Source: an uncultured virus (IMG/VR IMGVR_UViG_3300037847_005438) (Duplodnaviria; Heunggongvirae; Uroviricota; Caudoviricetes). From it: 20,000 nucleotides of DNA. The notes under the pieces are model-generated. The model did no database searches. It was given only the letters and a program-made list of their open reading frames with translations, and was not told the origin of the DNA. Within the stretch, counting starts at the first letter, position 1, and every line of letters starts with the position of its first letter. The translations under genes and the position numbers were made by a program. The DNA lies in IMG/VR virus record IMGVR_UViG_3300037847_005438, positions 46,933-66,932 of that record, one strand, 5' to 3'. Of this stretch, positions 1 to 9,431 are shown one piece after another.

Positions 1-2001
1 AAAGCTACCATCTTGATTCATACCTACGTGATCTTGTATATACATTTCAATAGCTGCTGCATGTGCTTGCTTTATATCTTCACTTGTGTTTGGTATACCA
101 CCTATTTCTTTTTCTGCAACAGATAGTTTATTCCAAACTTTATCAGGTCTATTCATACTAAAACCTCTATAACCTCTACGTCTTAAATAGTACAAAAGTC
201 GAGGTTTATTATTCTCTGCTAGTATTGGCATTCCGTAAAAAACTAAAGCCATTAAAACATCTTCAAAGAATATCTCCGCCGTAGGTGGTCTTGATAGGTA
301 TTCTAAAAAGAAGCTATTAGCAGGAGCGTCCTCCATGCTGAACTTAGTTAGTCCGTGAAGTGCTCCTTTAGAACCTTCACCATCTACGGTCCCTGATATA
401 TCATAAGAGTCACAACCAAATGCGCCCATATGTTCATTACCAGGGTATCTCACACCATTTTTTAATATAACTCTGTTTTGTAATTGTTGAGATGGTACCC
501 AACTAACTTTAAATCTACCTTTTGGATCTGGGTAAAATATTACTTGTGTATCTTTAATACCATTCACCCATTGAAAATTACCTGTTGTAATTCCTAAAGT
601 TCTAGACATTTCTTCGTTATAATCTATCTGCTCGTATATTTTAACTAAGTTAAATATACTATTTTTTGTTTCATCTCTAAACGCGTGCTCTTCAGTTCTT
701 GGAAACTGGCGGTAAAATTCATTTAAAGCATCTTGATCATTTTTTAAACCATCAGCTTCATTTTGCCAGTGATCTATTACACCAACGTCTATTAATTCAC
801 CGTCTGGGGCGAGCACATCGACGTCAGGTGTATTAAATACTGGAACTCCGAACTCATCAATAAATCCTTCGTAGTTCCATTCCATTGGGATAAACAAAGA
901 ATAGAGGCCAGACTTAGTTTGACCATTTCTATTTCTTTTAGTGACATCTGATGCGTTGTATAGTTTTTTAAAATTTTCTCCACCTTTATCTAATGCGTTT
1001 GAAGTTGAGCCCATCATACATTTACCTATAATTCTACTACCTAATCGTAAACATGTTTTAGTTACTCTCCAGTTATTTAATATATTATCAGGTCTTTCCC
1101 ATTTACCGCTTTCATCATGTACTAATAAGTTTAGCTTTTCACCATCATAACTATTGTCACCAGTATTTTTCCAGTCAATAGTAGTATCTAATCCTTCTAG
1201 TTCTTCTATTTTTTCGTTAGCTGTTATTTTTTTACGAGTAAATTTACTAGCTGGTACTCTATATGCTAATTCTGTTTTAGGTCGATCCATACCATCTTGA
1301 ATCGGTTTAAAGAAAAACGGGTAGTTAATACTAATAGGTACTACTTTATCGGTAAACATTTTCTTAGCGTCTGCACCTGTTTTAGATAGTATCCCATATC
1401 TACTATCACTTGCAAGAGTGGCTAAATTAACTGTTTCAGCAGATGACATAAACGAAAACCCTGATCTTCTGTTCTTTAGGTAGCACATACCGTAACATCT
1501 TTTATCAGCTTTACAAGCTTGCCAAAATATATAGAACAATCTATTTGCCTCTCTAAAATCTGGAGCACCTACATCTATCTTACTCCATTGTAAGTACATA
1601 TAGTGTGTACCTGTTATATATGTTGGTTTACCATTATTATTAAACCAAAAACCTTCTTCTCTACGTTTAAACTCTTCGTCTATATAATCAAACCATTGTT
1701 CTTTTGATTCTTCTGGATAATTTCTCCAATCAAATATATTTTTAAGACGTGATAATTCTTTTGGTTGTTCTATTCTTGACCACTTATTCCCTTGCAGTTT
1801 ATGTACTTGCACGGGCACAGATGGTAAAGCAATTTTAAGATTTTGTATTTCATATATTTCACCTATTTTACCTGTTTTAGATATAACAATTATATCGTGT
1901 TCTTTGTTATAACCATACTCCCATTTTTTACCACGATTTAATCTTGTTATCGTAGTCTTTTTAATAGGCTCTATAACCTTAACTAAACTTTGCTCGTACA
2001 T
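1..2001 (-). CDS. terL: Terminase large subunit (3' end runs off the window)
   Basis: Not in the ORF track because it has no stop in the window. Manual translation from ATG at 2001 (MYEQSLVKVIEP...) stays open to base 1. It shows a Walker A-like YLKNRRSGFS, Walker B LLVHDESGK, coupling-like MMGSTSN and nuclease motif GAFGCDSYD. The start overlaps the upstream stop (TAATG). Confidence 0.9.
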   Translation of the reverse strand, partial: MYEQSLVKVIEPIKKTTITRLNRGKKWEYGYNKEHDIIVISKTGKIGEIYEIQNLKIALPSVPVQVHKLQGNKWSRIEQPKELSRLKNIFDWRNYPEESKEQWFDYIDEEFKRREEGFWFNNNGKPTYITGTHYMYLQWSKIDVGAPDFREANRLFYIFWQACKADKRCYGMCYLKNRRSGFSFMSSAETVNLATLASDSRYGILSKTGADAKKMFTDKVVPISINYPFFFKPIQDGMDRPKTELAYRVPASKFTRKKITANEKIEELEGLDTTIDWKNTGDNSYDGEKLNLLVHDESGKWERPDNILNNWRVTKTCLRLGSRIIGKCMMGSTSNALDKGGENFKKLYNASDVTKRNRNGQTKSGLYSLFIPMEWNYEGFIDEFGVPVFNTPDVDVLAPDGELIDVGVIDHWQNEADGLKNDQDALNEFYRQFPRTEEHAFRDETKNSIFNLVKIYEQIDYNEEMSRTLGITTGNFQWVNGIKDTQVIFYPDPKGRFKVSWVPSQQLQNRVILKNGVRYPGNEHMGAFGCDSYDISGTVDGEGSKGALHGLTKFSMEDAPANSFFLEYLSRPPTAEIFFEDVLMALVFYGMPILAENNKPRLLYYLRRRGYRGFSMNRPDKVWNKLSVAEKEIGGIPNTSEDIKQAHAAAIEMYIQDHVGMNQDGSF

Positions 2002-2279
2002 TACTTAGATCTGCCTTCCGCGAATCCTTTAAAGACTTTTTCCTTTCTCTCTTCAGGTGTTTTTCCCTCAAGCAAGTTTTTTTCTTCTTGGATTCTGTTA
2101 AGTATTTCAAACGCGTCAAATATAGCTAGTTTTTTAGTAGCTGCAGCATTTTTTAATCTATCAGCACTAACGTCATCTTCGGTGTTAGTAATAATCTTTT
2201 CTTTAGCAACGTTAATAAGTTCTTCAACTGCTTTTTGCCCAGCTTGGATTATAAGTTTCTTCGTTTCCTTGATATTCAT
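2001..2279 (-). CDS. Helical protein, candidate terminase small subunit (likely start MNIKETKK at 2279)
   Basis: 92-aa helical/coiled-coil protein translationally coupled to terL. Function inferred from position and size only. Confidence 0.5.
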   Translation of the reverse strand: MNIKETKKLIIQAGQKAVEELINVAKEKIITNTEDDVSADRLKNAAATKKLAIFDAFEILNRIQEEKNLLEGKTPEERKEKVFKGFAEGRSK

Positions 2280-2814
2280 ATTTAATTGTAATAAATTTAG
2301 ATAAAACTCTATATAGTTTTTCGCCGTCAACTATAAATTCGTACTCACTATTTGGTGTAAAGCCTATTAGATCATTAACGTTTACTGTACCATCTGAGTA
2401 TTTAACAACGCCTTGTAAAGGCTTTTCTTTTTCAATGTTAAATTTATCTACAGCTTTTAAAGGTTTTACAAAACAATAACCTTTTGGTGCTAACCATTTA
2501 TTTTTTCTTTTATATAAATATATTTGATCGTTAGCTATAAAATATGTAGATTCGTTAAAATAACTTCTACTATTTTTTTCTACACCGTACTGATTATGCC
2601 ATCTACGAAAAACGTTATGGTGCACTATAACTGTATCACCTGGCTTAATATCTGTATTACCAATAATAGGTGTTGATATAACAATCGCTTCTCTATTTAT
2701 ATATTGATGGTTAAAAATTTCAGTATTAAGTATCAACTCTGAATCACCAACTTTTTTAGTATTGTTATATCTTTCTCCTTTTGGTTTTACAACAAAGTTG
2801 TAAACACTTTTCAT
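2224..2814 (-). CDS. Tandem two-domain GroES/Cpn10-like protein
   Basis: Both halves resemble GroES: NFVVKP...REAIVIS...IKPGDTVIVH and YCFVKP...EKPLQGVV...VNVNDLIGF...EFIVDGEKLYRV. Confidence 0.6.
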   Translation of the reverse strand: MKSVYNFVVKPKGERYNNTKKVGDSELILNTEIFNHQYINREAIVISTPIIGNTDIKPGDTVIVHHNVFRRWHNQYGVEKNSRSYFNESTYFIANDQIYLYKRKNKWLAPKGYCFVKPLKAVDKFNIEKEKPLQGVVKYSDGTVNVNDLIGFTPNSEYEFIVDGEKLYRVLSKFITIKYEYQGNEETYNPSWAKSS

Positions 2815-3035
2815 TAGTACTCTAGATTATATTCTACAGATACAGCCATGTTTTTGTTAAAGTCTTTCCACGGTAATACATCTTTATTTTTTTTAATATA
2901 AATAGAATACTTGTCTTCTTCTTCTAATATATCACAAATAGTATGTCCACCGTAAACTTCTTGACCAACAGCATAATGCATAGCATCGTTTTTATAGTCT
3001 TTACCTACACTAATCTTTCTTATTAACTTCGCCAT
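2814..3035 (-). CDS. Hypothetical protein
   Basis: 73-aa ORF that overlaps its neighbours in a tightly packed operon. Confidence 0.8.
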   Translation of the reverse strand: MAKLIRKISVGKDYKNDAMHYAVGQEVYGGHTICDILEEEDKYSIYIKKNKDVLPWKDFNKNMAVSVEYNLEY

Positions 3036-3312
3036 TTTCTTTTGGATAATTTATTGTACCATCTTGTATGTTAATATCTGAAGTACCATATTCTGATTCA
3101 AACTTTATTTGCATTTCACCAATTTTTTCTTGCAATAAAGATATTTGATGTAAAAGATTATGTTTTCTAGTTTCCATACTACCTATTTCCAATTGAGACT
3201 TGTTAATGTCGTTAATTGTAGTTTGTACTTCTTTTAATTGCTCTTCTGTAATTTTTTTAGGTTTACTAAGATCAATTATTTCTTCTTTCTTTTTTGTTTT
3301 TGCTTTTGCCAT
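3010..3312 (-). CDS. Hypothetical coiled-coil protein
   Basis: 100-aa ORF with heptad pattern and an A/T-rich leader. Confidence 0.8.
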   Translation of the reverse strand: MAKAKTKKKEEIIDLSKPKKITEEQLKEVQTTINDINKSQLEIGSMETRKHNLLHQISLLQEKIGEMQIKFESEYGTSDINIQDGTINYPKENGEVNKKD

Positions 3313-3340
3313 TTTATTTAATTTAAGTTAATTTAATTTG

Positions 3341-4066
3341 TTAAGTTGTAGCAGATAATATAAACTGTACAGGGTGTATATTGTATAAATCTTTATTTAC
3401 AGCACTAACACTAGCACAGTTTTCTGCTAATACAAGATTTGTATCATCCGTAACGCTTTTAACAGTACCGATAACTAAATCGTTTTCATCGTGAAGAACG
3501 TCTCCAGGTGCAAAATTTACCAAAGCACCTGTAGTTTTAACTACTACCGCCGTAGTGTTAGTAGCTGTTTCAGTAGCAACTTGAACTGTTGATCTAAAAT
3601 CAAGAGCGCCTTTTACTATAGCGGCCATATATAAATCTTGTCCTACAGGTATATTTAATCCTGAAGCCGTTGCTATATTTAAAACATCTAAATCTCCATC
3701 GTTAAAAGCGAATGCAGCTTCAGATACATCAAAAAGCACGTGACCTGTTAAATTGTTTTTCCATTGATATGTACTTACACCAGCGTTAACAGTACCTAAG
3801 CTAGGTGGAGCAATATCAACGCTTATGCCTCTAGTATCTTCTTTAATTCCACTAGTAGCGAATAGTAATTCAAAATCAACCATAGTTTGATCGGCACCGT
3901 TCGTACCTCTAATTATAGCTGTTATACCATTTATTTCGACGCCTTTAAAGCCATCGACCTTATGCCAATCAAATAGTATATCTTCATCTTGAAAAGCCGC
4001 TCCAGCTTGTATACTAGCAGCTATTGTTGGTATTACTTTTGTAGTTGTTTTATTATATAATGCCAT
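3341..4066 (-). CDS. Hypothetical protein, possibly virion structural (beta-rich, A/T/G/D/V-rich)
   Basis: 241-aa ORF; composition typical of phage structural proteins; no family recognised. Confidence 0.6.
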   Translation of the reverse strand: MALYNKTTTKVIPTIAASIQAGAAFQDEDILFDWHKVDGFKGVEINGITAIIRGTNGADQTMVDFELLFATSGIKEDTRGISVDIAPPSLGTVNAGVSTYQWKNNLTGHVLFDVSEAAFAFNDGDLDVLNIATASGLNIPVGQDLYMAAIVKGALDFRSTVQVATETATNTTAVVVKTTGALVNFAPGDVLHDENDLVIGTVKSVTDDTNLVLAENCASVSAVNKDLYNIHPVQFILSATT

Positions 4067-4067
4067 T

Positions 4068-4454
4068 TTATTTTTTTACTTTTTCAAATGATCGACCACC
4101 AAAATAAGCGCCGATCACAGTTATTAATACTAATTGAAGTAAATCAACCCAACTAGATTTAACTTCAAACTTTAATGCACCTGCGTCTATAAATATTAAT
4201 AGCATGGTGCATACTATTAAAAATATTAAAGTCATAGGCCTAACATTTTTACTAAGCCATGAATCGCTTTTTAAATCTGCTTCCCAACGTGCTGTAATGT
4301 TTTTTTCCATTTCAACTTCGTAGTTAGCAATTAATTCTTTTATTTTTCTTTCTGCTTCAAACTTTTCTTCTTTAGACGTGTGTAAGCTATCTATAACTCC
4401 ACCTACATTTTTTACTAAATCAGCAGCTCCACCAGATAATAATTTTCCCAACAT
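4068..4454 (-). CDS. Holin, GTA-type 3TM holin family-like
   Basis: SDSWLSKNVRP followed by hydrophobic helices and C-terminal GAYFGGRSFEK, characteristic of this family. Confidence 0.75.
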   Translation of the reverse strand: MLGKLLSGGAADLVKNVGGVIDSLHTSKEEKFEAERKIKELIANYEVEMEKNITARWEADLKSDSWLSKNVRPMTLIFLIVCTMLLIFIDAGALKFEVKSSWVDLLQLVLITVIGAYFGGRSFEKVKK

Positions 4455-4463
4455 AATTTAATT

Positions 4464-4682
4464 TTATTTTTTTGCAAATTTTTCTAAACCACTTATACCA
4501 AAGCAACCAAGCACTACAAGTACAAATGAATCATATACAAATTCATTTATTATTAAATCTTTACCTACATAACCGGTTACAAGGTCTGCTATCATAATCA
4601 CACACATTATTGCAAATGCAATAAATCCTACAATAGATTTTTCATTCCAGTCGTTATTATCTTTAAATACTTCCATGCTCAT
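4464..4682 (-). CDS. Small two-TM membrane protein (holin/antiholin-like)
   Basis: Two hydrophobic segments, basic C-terminus (GLEKFAKK), adjacent to the holin. Confidence 0.6.
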   Translation of the reverse strand: MSMEVFKDNNDWNEKSIVGFIAFAIMCVIMIADLVTGYVGKDLIINEFVYDSFVLVVLGCFGISGLEKFAKK

Positions 4683-5097
4683 TACCGTTATTTGCTTCTT
4701 TTTCCCAAGGAAAACCTTCGCTACCAGCTTCTTTTGCTACTCCATCTACTATAATCATATCTTTACCATTAATAGTTTTTCTTGGATAAGTTACACCGTT
4801 ATACTTTACAAAATCATCACCATAAGCTAATTTCCCTAATCTCATATCTGTAGAGTGACGCATTTCATGATTTATTACTTGTCTTTCTTCTTCACTACCT
4901 GGTACTATTTTATCGCTAATATATATACTACCATCCATATTAGCTTCACCAAGTATTCCTTCTGCTAATGGTTTTCTAATAACAGGTGTACCAGGTACAG
5001 ACGCGTCACCTCCAGCCTCTTGACCAAAACGTAATTTGTTTTTTATTATACCACCTGAGGCATAATTACTTTTACCTGTACCTAATTTAAAACCCAT
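4663..5097 (-). CDS. Putative zincin-type metallopeptidase
   Basis: GSIYIS...VINHEMRH (HExxH) and a downstream PWEKEA with a candidate third ligand Glu. Confidence 0.6.
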   Translation of the reverse strand: MGFKLGTGKSNYASGGIIKNKLRFGQEAGGDASVPGTPVIRKPLAEGILGEANMDGSIYISDKIVPGSEEERQVINHEMRHSTDMRLGKLAYGDDFVKYNGVTYPRKTINGKDMIIVDGVAKEAGSEGFPWEKEANNGNEHGSI

Positions 5098-5099
5098 AT

Positions 5100-5357
5100 T
5101 TATTTTTTAAATCTTTCTAAACCTTTTAAAGCTTCTTCTTCAGGTGTTGATTTTTTAGTTTCTTCTTTCTTTTTAGTTTCAGTTTTCTTATTATCTTCAT
5201 TCATGCCAAAAAGATCTCTTATTACATTTACAGCGCCATATTTAGTTAAAGGATGACTAAATATACCTGTGCCTTTTATTGCGTCTTTTAAACCCATGAA
5301 TTTAGCTATTGAAGGTTTATTACCTGATCTTAATTTAAAGCCACTATTTTTTTTCAT
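5100..5357 (-). CDS. Basic hypothetical protein with N-terminal FKLRSGNKPSIAK motif
   Basis: 85-aa ORF; motif shared with the ORFs at 8454-9053 and 9080-9430. Confidence 0.75.
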   Translation of the reverse strand: MKKNSGFKLRSGNKPSIAKFMGLKDAIKGTGIFSHPLTKYGAVNVIRDLFGMNEDNKKTETKKKEETKKSTPEEEALKGLERFKK

Positions 5358-5794
5358 CTGTCTTTGTCTTTAATCATATCATCTATAGCTTTATTATAAA
5401 CTTTATCTGTATATGATTTGTTATTATAAAAAATACTTCTTTCTGATGTAGGTAAATCTTCTTCACCCAAAAGTATTCTGTAAATTCTACTTATCATTTG
5501 AGAGCATTTAAAAGATGTTTTAAACACGGAGTACATTATGGTAGTTCTATTACGATGTCTCCAAGTATCTATCCAACCATTTCTTCTTAATCTCTCCCAT
5601 CTGTTTTTATCCCATGAATAAGTGTAAACTCCATCCATAAAATCTTTTCGTGTAAATCTTCCTTTACAATCTAAATAAATTAATAATTCTAAATCTGCAT
5701 CTTTTAACCCGTAAGTTTTACAGACCCACTTCCTAGTGAGCCTGTAATACTTAAGGATATTCATTTCACGCAGATCCTGCGCGGTTAATCTCAA
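5354..5794 (-). CDS. Putative winged-helix (MarR-like) DNA-binding protein
   Basis: YGLKDADLELLIYL...FTRKDF...WERLRRNGWI pattern resembles a wHTH; by eye only. Confidence 0.5.
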   Translation of the reverse strand: MRLTAQDLREMNILKYYRLTRKWVCKTYGLKDADLELLIYLDCKGRFTRKDFMDGVYTYSWDKNRWERLRRNGWIDTWRHRNRTTIMYSVFKTSFKCSQMISRIYRILLGEEDLPTSERSIFYNNKSYTDKVYNKAIDDMIKDKDR

Positions 5795-5800
5795 TTGTTA

Positions 5801-6211
5801 TTACGAGTTATCGTAAACAGCGTTGATTGTAATTGTACCACAAGACGTAATATCAGAAGATATATACTGAGTACCTCCAGCAGCGTCAGCAGCATCATCA
5901 GCAACTACAATAAAACCAGAGTTTAATCCAGCGTTCATAGCTCCAACAATAGCTTCTAATACTTCTTTACCTTTATTAGCGTTGATATTAAGAACTACAG
6001 TATCACATAAAGGTAAGTTGTCAGCGTTATCTACAACTAAGCTGTTACCGTGATGATCTGGTCTTTTCAAGTTTTGAAAAAACAAAGTCATACTAGTATC
6101 ACTAGTCATCTCACCACCTCTAAAGTGATCTGCTGGAAAGCAAGCTGAGTTTCCTGAGCCATCATCATCTGCGACAGCAGCTTCTGTTCTAAAATACAAA
6201 TAATTTTTCAT
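5801..6211 (-). CDS. Acidic hypothetical protein, possibly structural
   Basis: 136-aa ORF with a long A-rich leader. Confidence 0.7.
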   Translation of the reverse strand: MKNYLYFRTEAAVADDDGSGNSACFPADHFRGGEMTSDTSMTLFFQNLKRPDHHGNSLVVDNADNLPLCDTVVLNINANKGKEVLEAIVGAMNAGLNSGFIVVADDAADAAGGTQYISSDITSCGTITINAVYDNS

Positions 6212-6279
6212 TTTTTTAGTTTTTTAATTAATAATTTGTTTTCGTTTTTCCGTTTAAGGTTTTTGGATTATGGTTTTGG

Positions 6280-6537
6280 TTAATCTACTAAAACAACGTC
6301 ACCATCACGAATAACTCTATAAAGAGTGTCTTTCCATGACATGTCGTGTCCAGCATGTTTATCGTAGTATATCGTGTCACCATCTTTTAATCCTTCGACT
6401 AAATTACCACACGATATTATTTTTGCTTTTATATAACGATTGTCTACATCTGTATCATCCGTCATTATAAGACCAGCAACCTTTTTAGGCTCTGTCTTTA
6501 TTTTATCTACTATTATATATCTATTAATTGCCTTCAT
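6280..6537 (-). CDS. groES: Co-chaperonin GroES (Cpn10)
   Basis: MKAINRYIIV, mobile loop KKVAGLIMT, AKIISCG, LKDGDTIYY, VIRDGDVVLV; overlaps the groEL stop. Confidence 0.85.
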   Translation of the reverse strand: MKAINRYIIVDKIKTEPKKVAGLIMTDDTDVDNRYIKAKIISCGNLVEGLKDGDTIYYDKHAGHDMSWKDTLYRVIRDGDVVLVD

Positions 6538-8086
6538 TCATCCTCATATTTGAAATTACACAATCTGCAGATATAATTGTTGAAACTACACTTACTGCGT
6601 TTTTAAGTGCAGACTTAGTTACAAGTACAGGGTCAATAATACCAGCTTCAATCATATCAGCTTCTTCACCTGTTACAACGTCTACACCTAAACCTTTTTT
6701 TGGTCTTGGTTCTACTTGCTCTAAACCAGCATTTTCAAGTACAGTGTGAAAAGGTGCTGTAATAGCTTTAAATAGTATTTTTTCACCTACCGCGTCAGCG
6801 GTTAAATTTTGTGAAGCATTTAATAGTGCTACACCACCACCTGGCACTATACCTTCTTTAAGTGCAGCTTTAGTAGCATATATTGCATCTTCAACTCTAT
6901 CTTTCTTTTCTTTCATCTCAACTTTAGAGTTAGCCCCTACTTTTACAATACCAACACTACCTGATAACATGGCTAATCTTTGTCGATGTTTCTTTTGTAT
7001 AAACGGGTTTTTATCCCATTTGTCTATAGTTTTCTTAATACTCTCAATTCGCTCTTCCATTTGCTCTTCTGGAGTATCTATAGTTAACACAGTGTTTTTA
7101 TCATCTGTAATAGCCGTATGCGCTTCACCTAAACAATCTATAGTTATAAGATCTAAATCATCACCTAATTGTTCATTTATAACTTTAGCACCAACAAGAA
7201 AAGCTAAGTCTTCAACTGTATCTTGTTTAGTGGGACCAAAGCCTGGTAAGTCAACTATATTAACTTTTATATTACCTTTTACTTTATTCATAAGAAGCGC
7301 AGCTTTAACCTGCTGTTCAACTGGAGCAACAATCAGTAATGATCTTTTGTTTTTTATTACATGCTCTAATATTGTTTGTATTCTTCTTATGTTTGGTATT
7401 TCTGAACTAACGATTAATACTAACGGATTATCAAGTTCACAAACTTGTTTATCTTTATCAGTAACGAAATGTGGTGATGTAAGTCCTGAATCTATTTGTA
7501 CACCATCTACAACTTCAACATATGTCTCTTCAGTTGGTGACTCTTCCATTAATACCACACCATCTTTACCTACTTTAGTATAAGCTTCTGCTATAATCTT
7601 TCCTAGCTCTGCATCATTATTACAACTAATTGAACTAACAGATTCCAGCATATCGCCCTCGATCTTGACAGAAATCTTATTTAGGTAATCATTTACCTTT
7701 TTAAGACCGGAGTTTATCCCATCTTTTATTGTTCTAATAGCTTCATTGCTATTATTTACTTCTTTTAACAAAGATTCAGCAAGGACGGTAGCTGTAGTAG
7801 TACCGTCACCTGCTTCTCTTACTGTATTTCTTGCAGCTTCTTTAATAAGGGTAGCCCCCATATTTTCAACCGGGTCAAATAAGACAACAGATTCTGCTAC
7901 TGTTACACCGTCTTTAGTTATGACCGGGAGTCCTCTGGCGTCTTCGTAAATCACGCACTTTCCAGATGCTCCTAAGGTTGATTTTACTGCTTTTGCGAGC
8001 TTTTCTACGCCCGTAATTACCTTTTTTTTAGCAAAATCGCCAAAATTCACGTCTTTGACAATCTCGCTAGGCTGATTGTATTCCAT
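6524..8086 (-). CDS. groEL: Chaperonin GroEL (Cpn60)
   Basis: AVKSTLG, ITKDGVTVA, AGDGTTTATVLA, EKKDRVEDA, EGIVPGGGVAL, GIIDP; 520 aa, no GGM tail. Confidence 0.97.
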   Translation of the reverse strand: MEYNQPSEIVKDVNFGDFAKKKVITGVEKLAKAVKSTLGASGKCVIYEDARGLPVITKDGVTVAESVVLFDPVENMGATLIKEAARNTVREAGDGTTTATVLAESLLKEVNNSNEAIRTIKDGINSGLKKVNDYLNKISVKIEGDMLESVSSISCNNDAELGKIIAEAYTKVGKDGVVLMEESPTEETYVEVVDGVQIDSGLTSPHFVTDKDKQVCELDNPLVLIVSSEIPNIRRIQTILEHVIKNKRSLLIVAPVEQQVKAALLMNKVKGNIKVNIVDLPGFGPTKQDTVEDLAFLVGAKVINEQLGDDLDLITIDCLGEAHTAITDDKNTVLTIDTPEEQMEERIESIKKTIDKWDKNPFIQKKHRQRLAMLSGSVGIVKVGANSKVEMKEKKDRVEDAIYATKAALKEGIVPGGGVALLNASQNLTADAVGEKILFKAITAPFHTVLENAGLEQVEPRPKKGLGVDVVTGEEADMIEAGIIDPVLVTKSALKNAVSVVSTIISADCVISNMRMNEGN

Positions 8087-8115
8087 ATTTGATTAAATTT
8101 AATTAAATTGTACTT

Positions 8116-8409
8116 CTATTTGAATGTTTTTACTACTTTTGGCCCTTTTGTAGCCTCTAATTTCTTTGAGAAATGGTCGATGCTTCCGTCAATTGCTGCT
8201 TCGGCACCTTCTATGGTCTCTCTACGTGTAACATCGTGCCAATTTTTATCATTATCTGGATCATTTACTTCAGTTTGATAAAAACCGTTAGGTAACTGTG
8301 TAATTCTCCAGTTACTTTTGTCAGCTAGATGCGTCCATTGGTTAATAGTTTTTTCATTCGGTTTAACATTGCTAGTCATTGTACTAGTCTTGTAGTATAA
8401 ATAAGTCAT
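8116..8409 (-). CDS. Hypothetical protein
   Basis: 97-aa ORF with A-rich leader, in operon context. Confidence 0.8.
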   Translation of the reverse strand: MTYLYYKTSTMTSNVKPNEKTINQWTHLADKSNWRITQLPNGFYQTEVNDPDNDKNWHDVTRRETIEGAEAAIDGSIDHFSKKLEATKGPKVVKTFK

Positions 8410-8453
8410 TTTGGTTTTATTTTTGGTTAATAACTTGGTTGCAGGGTCTTTCC

Positions 8454-9053
8454 CTATTTTTTCTTTTTATATTTTCTTTTTGTAATTGGGGTCATATCTA
8501 AGTTTTTACCTTTATAATCACTAATAAATAAATTATGAATTGCTCGTTTTCCAGCTTCAGTTTTTGGTGTTTCCCAATCATCACTTCCAGGTCTTTGGAA
8601 TTGGTAGCCTTCAAGGGCCCCAGCAGCAACAGTCCTGTCTCTATACTTAAACTTATCACCTTTTTTACCTGAAAAAGTGTAGTAATAACCTTTTGATTTT
8701 TGTTTAGAAGCGTCTGTAGACTTTTTAACTTCAGGCGTCTTTATTTTTGTTTCTTTAATTTCAGAAGGTTTTTTAACATCTTTGTTCTTTCTTTTAAACT
8801 TGTTAAACTCTTTCCTCATTCGAGTTCTTTCTTGAAACTTAGATTCACCTCTTCTAGTTCTAGCGATCTTATCCTCCATATCTTGCTTTATATTGATCCT
8901 GCTTTCACTTTGTCTTTTTTCTTTAAAGTCTTTAGCTTTTTGACCAATGTCTTGTAATTTTCCAAATAAATCTTTAAGACCTGCTAATTTAGCAATAGAA
9001 GGTTTATTTCCAGATTTTAGTTTAAATGCTGATTTTTTATTTCCTGGTTCCAT
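8454..9053 (-). CDS. Lys-rich hypothetical protein with N-terminal FKLKSGNKPSIAK motif
   Basis: 199-aa basic ORF carrying the shared motif. Confidence 0.8.
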   Translation of the reverse strand: MEPGNKKSAFKLKSGNKPSIAKLAGLKDLFGKLQDIGQKAKDFKEKRQSESRINIKQDMEDKIARTRRGESKFQERTRMRKEFNKFKRKNKDVKKPSEIKETKIKTPEVKKSTDASKQKSKGYYYTFSGKKGDKFKYRDRTVAAGALEGYQFQRPGSDDWETPKTEAGKRAIHNLFISDYKGKNLDMTPITKRKYKKKK

Positions 9054-9079
9054 ATTATTTTTTTATTAGGATAATTTTT

Positions 9080-9430
9080 TTATCTTAATGGAAAATTTCT
9101 AAACTCATACTTTCCTCTTTCTTCATTCCATCTAACTTCTAGCGTTTTATCGTTAATTCTGTCTAAAATACGATTTCGCTCTTTTTTACTCATTTTATGT
9201 AGACCAAGATCTTCTTTTTGCAGCATATCTCTTGTTGGTCCTGGTGGTGGCTGACTTTTTCCTTTATAATTTCTTCTATTCTTATCTTTAGTTGCAATAA
9301 TATTTGCTTGATCAACTCTTGTTTTGTCTTGAGCTGCAGGAATAGGGTCTATTTTCATAGGAGATACACCTGATAGCTTTGCTATAGAAGGTTTGTTTCC
9401 TGATTTTAATTTAAACGGTCCTTTTTTCAT
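9080..9430 (-). CDS. Basic hypothetical protein with N-terminal FKLKSGNKPSIAK motif (likely start MKKGPF at 9430)
   Basis: ATG at 9430 directly follows the upstream stop at 9432 and puts the motif near the N-terminus, as in the other two proteins. Confidence 0.8.
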   Translation of the reverse strand: MKKGPFKLKSGNKPSIAKLSGVSPMKIDPIPAAQDKTRVDQANIIATKDKNRRNYKGKSQPPPGPTRDMLQKEDLGLHKMSKKERNRILDRINDKTLEVRWNEERGKYEFRNFPLR

Positions 9431-9431
9431 G

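Noticed and set aside
6280..8086. Host chromosomal groESL operon (prophage boundary or contamination)
   Set aside because: Divergent sequence, reversed gene order and phage genes on both sides indicate phage-encoded chaperonins.
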